This document shows, piece by piece, positions 26,109 through 39,299 of a DNA stretch of 64,000 nt. The notes beneath the pieces are model-generated. The model did no database searches and was not told the DNA's origin. It saw nothing but the letters and a program-made list of their open reading frames with translations. The stretch is from Stegostoma tigrinum (lineage: Eukaryota). The position numbers and the translations under genes were made by a program. The DNA lies in NCBI RefSeq assembly GCF_030684315.1, contig NC_081365.1, positions 31,957,394 to 32,021,393 on the forward strand, given 5' to 3'. Each line of letters begins with the position of its first letter. Position 1 is the stretch's first letter.

Positions 26109-27341
26109 TTTCAGTTTGTTAATAATTCCACATAATTCCACATACTAACAGGCACCTCTCTTTGAAGATGTCCAATAATTACTTAAGGTAAGCACAATCT
26201 TTCGTGAAATAGTCTTTTTGACAATTGATAACTTGTGTTAACATATCTATTTTGTAAATTTATTTTCTTTGTAATATTGCCTTTAAGTTGGCAAGGTCAT
26301 GGGAACAACCCACACCCATGAATGACTGAAAATAGTCTTGATGGTCCCAAAGAGAACCCACAAAATATTCTATGGGCAGACTTTACTCAGGTTGCCTCCT
26401 GAATAGGATATCTTTCAGAATATTGGCTCAATACGTCCTGTATCTATATATCCTACAATCACCAGTTTTCAACTACCAAGATACCCTCAATTGCTCTTTT
26501 TATTTTCTTGGTTTCCCAAGCCAGTAGACAAAGTTCACACCACACAGGTGGGAAGCAATGACCAACTCCAACAAGAGAATCTAACCTTCACTTTCTGACA
26601 TTCAATGGTGTTACCATTACTGAATCCCCACAATGAATATTCTGGGGCTTACCACTGATGTATACTGTGGATACAAAAACAAGTTAGAGGTTAGGAATCC
26701 TGCAGTGAGTACTTCACTTCCTGACTCCCCAAAGTCTGTCAACAATCTAAAAATTACAAGTCAGAAGATGAAATGCTCTCATCATGGAATCCTGGAAGTC
26801 TATCCCTAACAACACCATAGGTGTATCTACACCAAATAGGCTGCAGGGTTCCAGAAGGCAGCTGGAGGGCAACTAGACATGGACAATAAATATTGGTCTG
26901 TCTGCTGAATGAATATAAAAAATATCTATCTTTCCCACCAGGGATATGATAACCTTGCCATACAGAAATAGCCATCTGCAAGATTGATGTGAAGCATTTC
27001 TAAAAGACATCAGCTTCATATTTGCTGGGTCACCCAAGGCTGGAAACTTGAATGTGTATTTTTCTAAATTTGCTTTCTTTAATGTTCATTTACTCTCAAC
27101 ATCTGAGCAACAGGAGCACATTTCATTATAGCCTTCATTTCCAAAACATCATAACTGTCAAGCCCGCTCAGAATCTTTAAACTATCCCCAATCTAGTACT
27201 GCAGGATATACAACAAGTTCTCTCCAGCTCTTCAGCAATTTTTGTTTCTTTTTATTAACTTATCCTCAAATTTCTTTGCAGTCACTAAAACTGCTTGATC
27301 ATGAGGCTTATGTGTCTTGTGTTATACCCAACCTCTTCTAC

Positions 27342-27845
27342 AGTCCTTGTTCTGGATGTGAGTTTTCTCGCTGAGCTGGAAGGTTAGTTTTCAGACGTTT
27401 CGTCACCATTCTAGGTAACATCATCAGTGAGCCTCCGACGAAGCGCTGGTGTTATGTCCCGCTTTCTATTTATCTGGTTAGATTTCCTTGGGTTGGTGAT
27501 GTCATTTCCTGTTCTTTTTCTCAGGGCATGGTAGATTGGCTCCAAGTCAATGTGTTTGTTGATGGAATTCCGGTTGGAATGCCATCAACAAACACATTGA
27601 CTTGGAGCCAATCTACCATCCCTTGAGAAAAAGAACAGGAAATGACATCACCAACCCAAGGAAACCTAACCGGATAAATAGAAAGCGGGACATAACACCA
27701 GCGCTTCGTCGGAGGCTCACTGATGATGTTACCTAGAATGGTGACGAAACGTCTGAAAACTAACCTTCCAGCTCAGCGAGCAAACTCACATCCAGAACCT
27801 CAACCTGAGCTACAAATCTTCTCAAAACTCGCTAGTCCTTGTTCT
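27342..27845. mobile_element. Inverted pair of Penelope terminal repeats (family A) with target-site duplication
   Basis: 217-bp arms 27349-27565 and 27582-27798, nearly identical to the termini of the element at 51970-53747. AGTCCTTGTTCT occurs at 27342-27353 and 27834-27845. Confidence 0.9.
27711..27770 (+). ncRNA. Minimal type I hammerhead ribozyme motif
   Basis: UCA-CUGAUGA-U-GUUACC-UAGAAU-GGUGAC-GAAA-CGUC-UGA. Core nucleotides intact, 6-bp stem II, predicted cleavage after C27753. A mirror copy lies on the - strand at 27377-27436. Confidence 0.7.
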
Positions 27846-28330
27846 TGTCAAACTATATTGTCTCCTCATCCTCCTATCTGGCTACATACTGCTGCTAAAA
27901 AAAATTCCTGTCCAGTGATGAGAATTCCTTTTGCAATTTCACAATCTTTTCCTTGGGCTGTGTTCACTTCAGATCTATTTTCAGAGCTGCATTTTCTGGA
28001 CTTTCACATCTGTATCTCATTTTGTCAATCAATGGGCATTGTCTTCTGTCCCTCATCTTGCACTTTAGCCAATGTTTGTATTTTCCAGTGGCTTTCCCTG
28101 TAATGATGGTTTTCCTCCATGCCATGGCCTCTTCTGGCATTAATGTTATTTTTGAGCAAATACCCTGGTTGCACATCTGCATATCACTTTGTTCCTATTC
28201 AGTCAGCCCGTCATCTGCCATATCATGATTTCATAGTTGTCCAACATATGAGACTGCACACTCTTTGGTGTGTGACGATACTAAGGCTTTGAGAGGTGTT
28301 TATTGTCCTGTTTCTTTTGTGAAGATAGGT

Positions 28331-28915
28331 TGTGACAGAGGCACCGAGCAGACTGCTCAAAGCCAATGAAGTAAAACAGCTTGAGAGGCCTTGGTGGGTT
28401 TTTTTAAAAGTTGGAACAATAGAAGCAACTTGAATGGGTAGGGTCGAGCCCCAACATAACCAGAAATTTTAGTTTAAGCCTTTTGCAGTTACTGGGGTCT
28501 TGAAGCTGAAAGTGGAAACTCTTATTCCTCACTTGGTTACAGCTAATTAGCTGGGGAATTCTTCCTGCTGTTAAAATTGTATGTGAGACAATCTGTTTTA
28601 CTGAATTTGCCTTTGCCAAAGGTGTGTTTATGGGATGTTACTAAATTGGAACAGTTAATTAGGAATAGTTAAAATATATTATATTAAGCATTTTCTGAGA
28701 GTTACAGTTAAACCAATTATACTCTTTTATTTTTATTTTGTCTGTGTTTTAACTGTATTGTAAAAATAAACTATTTTTGCCTAATGTCAAGTAGTCTGAT
28801 CAATCGAATTACATCTGGTATACAGTGCCAAAAATTTACCTTGAAAATAAGAAAAAGTTAGGGTCTAAATGACCTTTGTAATATATTTTGAGGGGATTTG
28901 GTCTGGCCCCTAACA
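28331..28915 (+). mobile_element. Solo LTR
   Basis: TGTGACA...TAACA termini and an internal AATAAA. Its 3' end matches the reverse complement of the element at 59284-59907. Confidence 0.6.
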
Positions 28916-31838
28916 GGTGCATCATTACTTTCTATGATTAGTACAGATTCTGTCAATTTGTAATCAGTGCCAGTTAACCTTGAGCAATGTGACTTAGTTG
29001 GTTACCATGCTGAAAAGTTACTTTTTTTTATTATTGCCTGTAGCTTTACTCAGACCCTTCTGCTCTTTCTGCTCTTCTCTTTGTAATATGTGATGTCCCC
29101 TGGATTCACATTTAGTTCTGATAGCCTTATATGATGTTGTAAGGTTCTCCAAATTTTTTTCTGAAACCTTAGCCTTAATGAAAACCATGTCCCTGTATGC
29201 AGGGCATTGAAGTACTCAGGAAAAATGAAATTAATTGCAGTTCCTTCCCAAGCTGGGAGATGACCACCTGATACTGAAGAATTTTTTGGATTTCTCCCAA
29301 AACCAAATGATAAGGACTGTGCAATTTGTAGTGAGTTCTCTGTGTGACATGAAACAATCAGGGCAAATATTAAATTCCCAGTGAATTATTAAACATGTCA
29401 TCCACTCCCAAGTAATTTCTTTCACACACAATTATTTCTGAAGGGATGTTCCTAGCCATGTTCATTATCACAATATTCATTTTCTCATTCACATCCCTAA
29501 GTTCATTCCTGGCAAATGCCACCCCTTCCCACATTATCAATTACAAATTTGCCAGTGATCCCTAATGCAGTCCCTAACCTTTTCTCCATTACCTCACCTA
29601 CAATTAGTCTTCTTTATTTACTGTATGTTAATAACGGACTGACTAAATCTAATTGCCATGTCCACAAAGTGCACTTTGAAAATGTTTTTCACTCATCCTA
29701 TGCTTCCAAGATTATGACAATACCTTCAAAGCTTCCTGCTAACAGGAGACACCCTTACGGGTGGCAAGCTCCTCTGTTTCTTTACACAAATCACACGTAT
29801 TGCTGATCTCTTGTGTAGGTTTAGTGTACTCAACTTCCCTTATTCTTGGATCCATTATTGCAATTTGAGGAGATGGATAAGCAAACTGCAATTGTAGTTT
29901 TCAGGATATTAATCTTCTTTCGTTTAAAATCCTATCCCCTGATGCCCAGTAACACCTGGAATATATTTTCATTACATCTATTATTTTGATTAGAGTGGGG
30001 GCTTGTTAAAGGCACGAACTAATGATTGGATTATGAAAACTGTAAATCCATTGAAATTTCCAGAATCAATTACCTTCTCTAGTTCAATGTCCAGTTTTAT
30101 GTAATCTTTTTCATAGATGGTCTGCTGAACAGAAGGGTGTTTCACTTTGCAATTCATTTGTGCTGACTAAGCGGTTCATCCCAGCTATTTCACAGGAAAG
30201 TACCACTGTCTTTAATAGTTCCAGCAAACAGTCATGCTCAAAACTAAAGCAAGAAGAATCGTCAAATTCCTTGACTTTAGTCCTTATTATTTAAGTAATC
30301 TATGTAACATTCTAACCAATCTACCAAATACACAATGAGCATGCATTCACTCCAAACACAGCACAACTGAATGATTCTGCAGCTCACATTTTCATTATTG
30401 GGCTAAAGCTTCTGGTAACTAGCCCAGTTCAACATATCATCAACCCCTCTGAACATGTTGTGTAATACGTATTTTCATAAACCTTGTCATCCAACTAAGG
30501 GCTATTTATGGTATAATTGTATTTCAAGTCATATTTAAAACACCTGTTAACCATACTCCAGCCATTCCTGAAGATCACCCCCAGTTCGTGCCAACTGCGT
30601 TGTGATTGCAAGAAGCATTCCTATCCTCTGTCTGGTTAGCATGACTCTCTTTTGTGATGATGCTTCAGACATATATTTGGGTGATCTGGCTTTGCGACCA
30701 CCACTGAATCCTCTACTGGTTGTGTTAATGCTGAATGTCCCATTTGAGCTATGAAGGCAGAGAATATTTGCCCAGTAATATTTTAAGGCTTCTCACGCCT
30801 CGGCCAAACGTTTGTGTCTTTCTCAAACTCTAATTCTATCCTCACTTGGTACCTTAGTACAGTCCAACCATTTAGTTCACTAGTCCTGAAGAAGGGTTAC
30901 AGGGCTTGAAATGTTAACACTGTTTTCTCTCTACAGATGCTGCCAGATCTGCTGAGTTTCTCCAGCAATTTCTGTTTTTGTTTGTTTCCAAAAATTTAAG
31001 GCAAGCATTGAATTAGGCATCTCCAAATGGAGTTTTTTGAAATATTGTATTAAGTTTGTTAAATTCAAATCTGCATTTTTCCACAGAATATCCATCCTGT
31101 TTTCTAAATTTATTGAAGGCCGATCAAGGCTCATGTGCGTTTAATATGTCATCCTTCTTGTCCATTTTGTTCATAAATTTTAATAGAGTTTCCAAACCTT
31201 CCTCAATGTCCAACTATTGAACCTCTAACACTGAGAACACTTTACATCTAATTTTTTGAAGTGGGAAGTAACATGCCAAGGTCATGTATGACCTTTTTCT
31301 TAGAAAAGATGTAATTCATGTCCGTATGTCAACTTCATTTTTCACATATCATGAAGTTCAGCTTCACAAATGTCTTTGGAAAGCCATACCCTGACACTAC
31401 ACACAAAGTTTCAGCTATTCTTCTCTGGAGTAACTCTACTTATGATCTTCCTTCTTTAGGCAATCATCTTCAACCAATGATGATTTCAATTCAAGTCCAT
31501 CAGTGTGACAGAAACCAGTTTATTAACTACTCAGTCTTAAAGGTCCTTCCACACTAAATTCCATACCTTGTACTCTATTAAAAAAAAAGATATTTCAAAC
31601 TGTTTGACACACCTTCAGGACAACAGGTGAGACTTGAACCTAGACTTACTGGCCCAGAGGAATGGACAGTACCATTGCATCACAAAACACTTTGTTCCCC
31701 TGGACAGCTGGTTTGCAATGTAGAGTGGTGCCAAGAATGCTGACGAGTAAATGCTAATCAGTAGTTGAAGTATCAAACCACCTGGTAAGGTGTTATGTTT
31801 ATTACTAACTATATGATAGAACACTCAAGTATTCTTAC

Positions 31839-32144
31839 CAGGGTAACTAACACAAATCATTTCAGTGATTGGTGCAGGCAGTGTTGAGTGGTTCACTTGA
31901 CAGGAATACATTTCACCTTCATTCCACTCAAGTACAGAAAGGTTCAGGGCACTTGTGATGGAGAATGAGCCATCACTGTTAGTATAGAGAGTCCCATTCT
32001 TAACGCCATTGGTGATTCGCTGTCCATTTTTAAACCAGGACACTTGAATGTCATCAGGATAGAACTCCAGTGATGTGCAGATTAACTCTCTCCATTCATT
32101 AGGGTAAGGCTGAGTCTTTTCAATTAACTGAACGGTTGGCTGAG
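31839..32144 (-). CDS. IgSF receptor, C1-set constant domain exon
   Basis: Acceptor attttcag, donor gtaaga, phase 1/1. Reads (A)QPTVQLIEKTQPYPNEWRELICTSLEFYPDDIQVSWFKNG..NSDGSFSITSALNLSVLEWNEGEMYSCQVNHSTLPAPITEMICVSYP, with the C1 hallmarks LxCxxxxFYP, VxW, DGSF and YxCxVxH. Confidence 0.93.
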
Positions 32145-35100
32145 CTGAAAATCAATTGTAATATTATTAGATCTTTAATATCCAGTAATGGCACTGCCTG
32201 GTCATTTATTTTAACTGCTTCATCAGTTATTACTTTGTGAGATTTGCAAACAGCTTGATGAGTATTACATAATGTTTACTGTGAGACCTGTGCTATAAAG
32301 CTGACAGACAAATAAAACAAAGTGTAAAAGGATGCGCTAAATCCTGTGGCATTCATCAAAACCTACCACATTATCATGACCCATTCTCAAAAACTAGATC
32401 TGACTGCTCCTCAATAAATAACCAAAACGGATTTCTCAAATATTTTGAAACTGATGTAAGGATTATATTTTTTATTCAGAGTCAGGGGCACAATTCAGTT
32501 GATGACACTGTTACCACTTAATTGGAGTAACAATGAAACCAAGTCAAAGTTTCAGTTTATCTTTATTTCATTTAATGAGGAAGCAGCTCATATTAACAGC
32601 ATAATGTATTTAGCACATGATGGTTTATTTAGACTATGGCTGGTTTTAATTCTTTTGAAAGGAACAGCATTATTTCTCATAGTATGCAGATCAAGAGCAG
32701 AGTAATGACTGAAGCCACAGCAGGCCACACAAACTCAATATATACAAATGCTGCTTTGTTTTCCCTCCACACAGTTAAATAGATGGGCTAAAGATTCTTA
32801 TGTTGTTAATTAGAGCTAGTGTTTCGTAAATGAAACGTACATTAATTCTTAAACATATTAAACCATACTGCTTGCTATTCAAGATTCTGGAATAGAATAA
32901 ATTGTTCAGAATCTGTATGTTATTAAAACACACTAAAAAAGGTAACTTCAAAAATTATATATTACTTACAACCGAATTTGTTTTATAAATGAATGGAATT
33001 TTTGAATGTTGTAAGACAACAAATAATGAGTTTCTTATCCATGATACTTCCATCCTTGGTTCCACCATTCATTTTGAATCAAAATGTTGTGTAATCCAAT
33101 CTCACTCTAGGATTCTGCTACATAGAGTGGAATATTCTTCTCCTTCTGGAATTGTGGGCAATAGTGAGAAAGTTGGCAAAATATGGCGAGAATGAAAAAA
33201 TTGGAATCTTGACATTGAGAAAAAATTCCCAAATCTCCCCTTAAGCTTGGAGCAGATCTCAGAAACCTGCTTGTGAATATTGACCACCTTCCCTCCATGT
33301 ATTTGCACCTCATTAAACCACCAACTTGCTTCCTTTATGGGCAATTTCCAAACTTCGTGACCCTCTGTGAGAAACTAGACAGTACCAATTCCTGACTTAT
33401 AAATTAGAGTAGGTACTTGGCAGCTGCAGCTCACTGTTTACTGATTCATCTGATTCCACTCTGGGGTTTTGGTTTTGGTTACTCCTGCAGGCCAAGTGCA
33501 ACCAGCATGAGATTATAAATCGGTCAGTCAGTGCACAGCAGAAACAGCAATCGAGGGATTGTGTTCAGTCAGGGCTGTCATGCCAATCAATCCTTGGTGT
33601 GGTCTATAGTCAGTGAAAGGGTTTGACAATGAATGACTGGGGGACTTCCATGGAGCCCTGGAGAAAACAGACTCAAGTCTGGGGATTTTGTTCATTCGAC
33701 TGGGACACTGGGGGAATAATTACATTGAAATGGGGTTATATGAGATCTCATTGAGCATAGGAGAAATGGAGAACTTCAGGAGGCAGAATTTCCACAGGTA
33801 ATTGTTACTCTGGCCTCCACACAGGGAGAGTGTATGCTAATAAGTACAGAGCAGTTTGAAAATTTATGGGCTCTGGAGATAAACTGGGGACATTAACGAT
33901 TATGTATACAAATGTGGGGAGGCAGAGCAGTCACTAGGAACGCAGAAACAGCAACACAAACAGGGACATTATGGATAGGGTGATCACTCTACATCTCAGG
34001 CTGGGCCTGGAACTTCCTGACAAGAACACAAGGATGAAAAAAAACCTTTGATCCAAAGCCAAACGGTGAATAATGGCACAAAATGGCTACCATCACTTGC
34101 AGAATGGGCCGAGTAAGATGTTGTTCTTCTCTCCAGGGGCAGGTTCAAGTTGTTTGAATTGAAGGCCATGTTAGGAGAAATTACAGTATTGATACCTCCA
34201 CCAATTTAGTAATACCACCGATTGGCATCATCTGGACTTCATCGGCAGATCATTCATCGTGCAGGAATGAAATATACAAACTATGTCTGCAAACAGTCAG
34301 GACCCGTTGCTCACATTAATTTGTTTATCATCTTGTCAGCTAAGCAATTGGAGCCAGTCAAGATCACTGAGGATATTTTCTCTGCAGGGGGCAGTATCAA
34401 GGTGGCTCATTGTCAGAATTCTATCCCACAAGGTAGCACAAACACTTTGTGCTATGTATATTTGAATAAGTTTTTATTGAGACTGACATTAACCTCCTTG
34501 GGAAGCATCAATGCCCACACTGTGTCAAGATATAATACAAGATTCCATTTTGATTGATGTCAGGTCTCAGGAGTACAATTAATGAAATCGTCTCTACTTT
34601 CTGACATTCTCCACACATTATCTGCTTGTGGATTGGACATAGGCATGGACTTGGCTGGAGTCCTTGTGACTTTGCTTCAGATGTGAAGAAAGAAGGAAAT
34701 TGCAATGCTAACATTGTCAGCAAGAAGAGCAATCTCCATTGGCTACTGCACAGCCTCCAGACAGAGCAGCAGCAGGTGAAGATCCACAAAGGAGGTGGAG
34801 GACAACGAGCAGAGCCTATACCCACAGGCTGCATCATTAAGGCATGCAGTACCCTTCCCTACATGAACTGCTGAAGGGCTGATGCCTCAGAAGATGTTAG
34901 GGATCAACAGCAATCTTCTGGGGACAAAGCTGAGCCTGAGAGTCAGAACGTTGACTGGGAGAGACATCCAAGACAATGTGACAGATTAATGCATTATTGA
35001 GCCCGAGAAGCCAGCAAGAACCTCATTGAAGTGAGTTTCCAGGATGAATTAGCTGGGCTTGGAGCATGAGGTAGTATAGAAAAGTTGCCGATGCATAACC

Positions 35101-35949
35101 TTGGGGAGCACAGGAGATTGTTCTTCTTCCTGCACTGTCAGGTGTTAGTTTTAATATTGTCACATATACTCAATGAATACACTGAAAAGATTGTACGTCA
35201 TCACTTACAACACCACTTAGCTACAGCTTCTTTAGTTACAAGATCTTAGAAAATAGGGCAATAGAATGTCAAATGTTGTAGAAATAAAAGTTCAGAGCAA
35301 AGGTCTTCCAACCCAGATCATGCTGGCACCTTCGTCTCCGGTCTGCTCCAGACTGTGCCGAGTTTCACCTTGACGATCATGAAACTGGGAGATTGCTTCA
35401 GATTGCAACACTGGGCCAAGGATGCCACACTGGGATCAGAGGGCACTGTGCCGAGAGACTGCTACACCAGCAGAGAGGCTGCTACACCAGCAGGGAGGCT
35501 GCCACAGGAGGCCAATTTATCAGGCCTGGAGGTCACCAGTCACTGTAGGCTGGGAGTCATTGCCAGAGGCCTGGTGCTGTTGGAGGCTTGGAGAGAGGAA
35601 GAACCACTAAGAGGATGAGAAACAGGTGGAGCGGATGAGCTCCAGCTAGAGCATCCTACTCAGTCACCATCTGGAACTTGGAGCTGTGGTGTAGTAAAAA
35701 TTTGATCTGGTCTGATTTGATTTAACGTATTACAGCCGTGTACCAAGATAAAGTGAAAAATATTGTTTTATGTGCTATCCAGACAAATCATTCCTTACAC
35801 AAGGGTAACAGAACAGAATGTAGAATACAGTGTTCCAGCTACAGAGAAGGCGCAGTGGAATATCAACCCTAACATATGGGAGCTCCTCTCATAAGTCCGA
35901 TAACAACAGGGAAGAAGCTGTTCTTCAATCTGTTGGCACTGTTACCTGG

Positions 35950-36300
35950 TTGTTTGTGTTTGGCCAAAGCTCCTTTGGTAGTTATTAACATAAAACACTG
36001 CCTCCTGTCCTACAGCACCTCCAGGTCCCCATCAATGAAGCATGATGCCAGCTTCCCTTTCTGGGCCATTTCCTCAATTATGATTGCTGTGCAACACAAT
36101 GTAGACACCAGTTTTTGCCTTCCAGCATTTGAAGTGTCTGTACTGGGCTTTAGATATTGTGCCAGTAGCATGAGTGTCAGAAGTTCCTGGCAGTAGCAAG
36201 CACTTACACCTCTCTGGCTGGGTGTTTTCATGAAGAAAGGCATTGTAGAAGCGCGATACATACTTAATGAGGAGCAGAGCAGAAAGGTCGCTTTGAACAA
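35950..36300 (-). mobile_element. Harbinger Myb/SANT-like ORF remnant
   Basis: MAQKGKLASCFIDGDLEVL resembles the R.PRFS..DLEVL N-terminus of Harbinger DNA-binding proteins. Degenerate. Confidence 0.35.
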
Positions 36301-37294
36301 TCACAGGCTGGGTTCCATGAAGCTCACTCAACAAAACACATTAACTCAAAATGGGGAAATTCAGCCCATAATCTTATACTGATGTGTCAATGTTGTATTG
36401 CATTGTCATAGGCACAGCCAAGGCCCTGTCTATATGCTTCAATTAGCGTAAAGATCTTCTGGAAAAAGTCCCAACCTGAAATGTCAGCTTTCCCGTTCCT
36501 CTAATGCTGCCTGGCCTGCTGTGTTCCTCCAGCTTGATACTGTGTTATCTCAGACTCTAACATCTACAGATCTTGCTATCTCAACATAAAGATCCCACTG
36601 TTTTATGCAGAAAAGAGCAGTAAATTCATTGACTATCCAAGCTAGCTGACAGATCTCAATCAATTAAGTGTCAAAAACGGATTAACTTGTCATTTATCTA
36701 ATCTGTTTTTATGGGATCTTACTGCGTGGAACTTGTCTGCTCTGTCGGCCTCTATGCAGTTTTACATTTAGAGATATAATGGTAGTGAGGTCCTTTGTGA
36801 CATGCTAAGGTAGTGCATAAATTCCTTCCTTCATCTATTGGTGATACTGACTAATACCTCCTTTGAAGTGTGATAGCAGTCTGCACTGGTCATAAGGATC
36901 TCACTTCCAACCTTTTCAACAACATCAAAATGAACACCAATTCTATCCCTCATCTGGTCATTCAATATTTTGTTCACCTTAAAGTTTGGCAGATCATCCT
37001 GAGGTTATGAGAGGTACTATGTAAATTAAAATCTTTTTCCTACTGTCAGCGAGACTACCAGACAGAACAAATGTCCAGAGAGAGGCAATTCAGCCCATCG
37101 ACCCTCTGAAGAGCATCCCACCTAGATCCCGGACACTGTGAGGCAGCGGCGCTCGCCACAGTGCCACAGTGCTGCCCACGTTGTGCACTCTAAACTACAA
37201 CTGCTCTTACTAAATAAGTGGTTAGCGTGGAAAACAATCTACCAATTTGACACGACTTATTTTAAATTAACACACCAGATCAATTTTCCTCAAT

Positions 37295-37506
37295 AAAAAC
37301 CAAAAGAGCTGTGGATGCTGTTAATCAAGAAGGAAAAAACGGAAGTTGCTGGAAAAATCTCAGCAGGTCTGACACTATCTGTGAAGGAAAAAAAAACAGA
37401 GTTAACGTTTCGGGTCTGGTGACCCTTCCTCAGAAACGTTAACTCTGCTTTTTCCTTCACAGATGCTGCCAGACCTGCTGAGTTTTTCCAGCTTTGTTTT
37501 TGTTCA
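37295..37506. mobile_element. Short palindromic element (family C) with intact hammerhead core on the - strand
   Basis: The - strand at 37433-37401 reads CUGAGGA-A-GGGUC-ACCA-GACCC-GAAA-CGUU. Confidence 0.75.
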
Positions 37507-37960
37507 GGATCACTTTTCCCCTCATGTTTATCACCCTCTGGAATGCAAGTTTATTCCAAACCTGGATACCGGCCCTTATAACTTAAGCTCTTCCAGCATT
37601 TCTTTCACTTTATTGGGAAGGAATAAAAAAGAACCTTTCCTTTTCACCTTCTAACCTTCAAATTCTCTTTCTCTATCAGCTACTTATCGTTGCTTTTTTA
37701 ATCTCATTTGTACCACTCCCAGGAACTGAATACTTCCCACTAGTCTTCCCTTCTCCTGCCAAACGGCATGGTTTAAAAACCCAAGCTATAGATCAGCAAA
37801 TAAAGAAAGAAATTACACTTATTTAGCATCTTTCAGGAGCTCAGCACATTAAAAAGCATTTACAGCTACTTTAATACATTTTTGAAGTGTAATCGCCATT
37901 TCACTTCTTTTCAGTTTTGATGCCAGCTTACATTATAACTCAGTATCATGATGAACTTAC

Positions 37961-38326
37961 CTTCCACCTTGAGGAGTACACCTTTCCCTTTAACTGTTAA
38001 TGTAGGGGGCGGTATTTCAATAGAAATCTGACAAAAGTAAATGCTGGAATCATTTAAGTGAAGATCGTAGATTGTTAAAGATGATGAGTTTGTTGAGAGA
38101 TCCACTGTGATATTCATATGTTCTATACAATGCCATAGTGTATACTTGATATTATTTTTATTGTAAGTATAATCACAAAGCACTTGTGCACTGTCTTTTC
38201 TCCCCCATTTTATCCTCAGCTGTTCTCCATCTTCATTTTGGTACGAACAGTCTATATTCACTGTCTGTCCTTTTAATGCTTTGATCTCAGACGGTGTCAC
38301 GGAAACGATTAGGCGTTCGCTTTTTC
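37961..38326 (-). CDS. IgSF receptor, V-set (VJ-type, CD28-family-like) domain exon
   Basis: Acceptor ttattgctccaag, donor gtaagt, phase 1/1. Shows B-strand Cys (VNIDC), C-strand Trp (IKW), LTIxDLxxxDSSIYFC and a J-like GKGVLLKVE in the same exon. Confidence 0.93.
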
Positions 38327-38479
38327 CTTGGAGCAATAAAATACATCATTATTAATTTACTGGAAAACGCAATATATATAAAAAAAACACCACCCTTGTC
38401 ACACATCCCAAGTTAACCCATCAAATTCAGGTTCAGTTCACTTTGATGAAGATCATTGCGCTCCAGTGATGTTGCTGAT

Positions 38480-38835
38480 TAGATGTTTATAAAATCATGA
38501 AGGACACGGACAGTGAATAGTCAAATTCCTCGCCCTAGGGTAGAGGAGTCCAAAACTAGAGGACATAGATTTAAGGTGAGAGGGGAATGATTTAAAACAG
38601 ACTTTATGGGCAACTTTTCACACAGAGGGTGATGTGTGTGTGGAATGAATTGCCAGAGGAACTAGGGGAGGCTTGTACAATTGCAACATTTTAAGGGCTT
38701 CTGGATGGCTATATAAATTGAAAGGATTTAGAGGAATATGGGGCCAATTGCTGGCAATTGGGACTAGATTAATTTAGCGTATCTGGTCGGCATGGAGGAG
38801 TTGGACTAAAGGATTCGTTTCCATGCTGTACCTAT
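38480..38835 (+). mobile_element. CR1 LINE 3' fragment
   Basis: AAAACTAGAGGACATAGATTTAAGGTGAG..TTCACACAGAGGGT..TGGAATGAATTGCCAGAGGA. Confidence 0.85.
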
Positions 38836-39299
38836 CTAAGTGAGAAGGCACATACTCTTCATATTGTGGAAATCATGGAAAATGTTCAAAATAGCCTAAT
38901 ATGTTCAGGAGAACATTGCTCCTCCGAACACTACTTGACCTAAGGTCACTGGGTTAAAGCTGCAGCCCCGGGAATGGCCACCATGATTGGTGGCACTGGT
39001 GAAGTTGTGGAGCGCTGGCACTTTCATTGATTCAGTATGCCTTTGAGGGGTTCATTCTCAATAAGGACAGTAGCCACTTCATTCGCCCTCATTAGGAATA
39101 TGTGTCCTCAGCTGCCACTGCTTGCCAAACTAGGTGGATTCCCACTTTTGACTCTAGTTGTAGATCAGTGACTATGAAAAATCCCACCAGTATAACCTAT
39201 AGAATACTGCATAACTTTATGTTAAATCTAGTGGGTGCCCTACAATGTAAAACCATAAGAAGAAGGAGTCTTTTTATCGAGTAGTAGAAAGTAGAGTAG

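Noticed and set aside
37961-38326. Rearranging TCR/Ig V segment
   Set aside because: No RSS after the F-strand Cys, the J-like strand is in the same exon, and there is only one V and one C.
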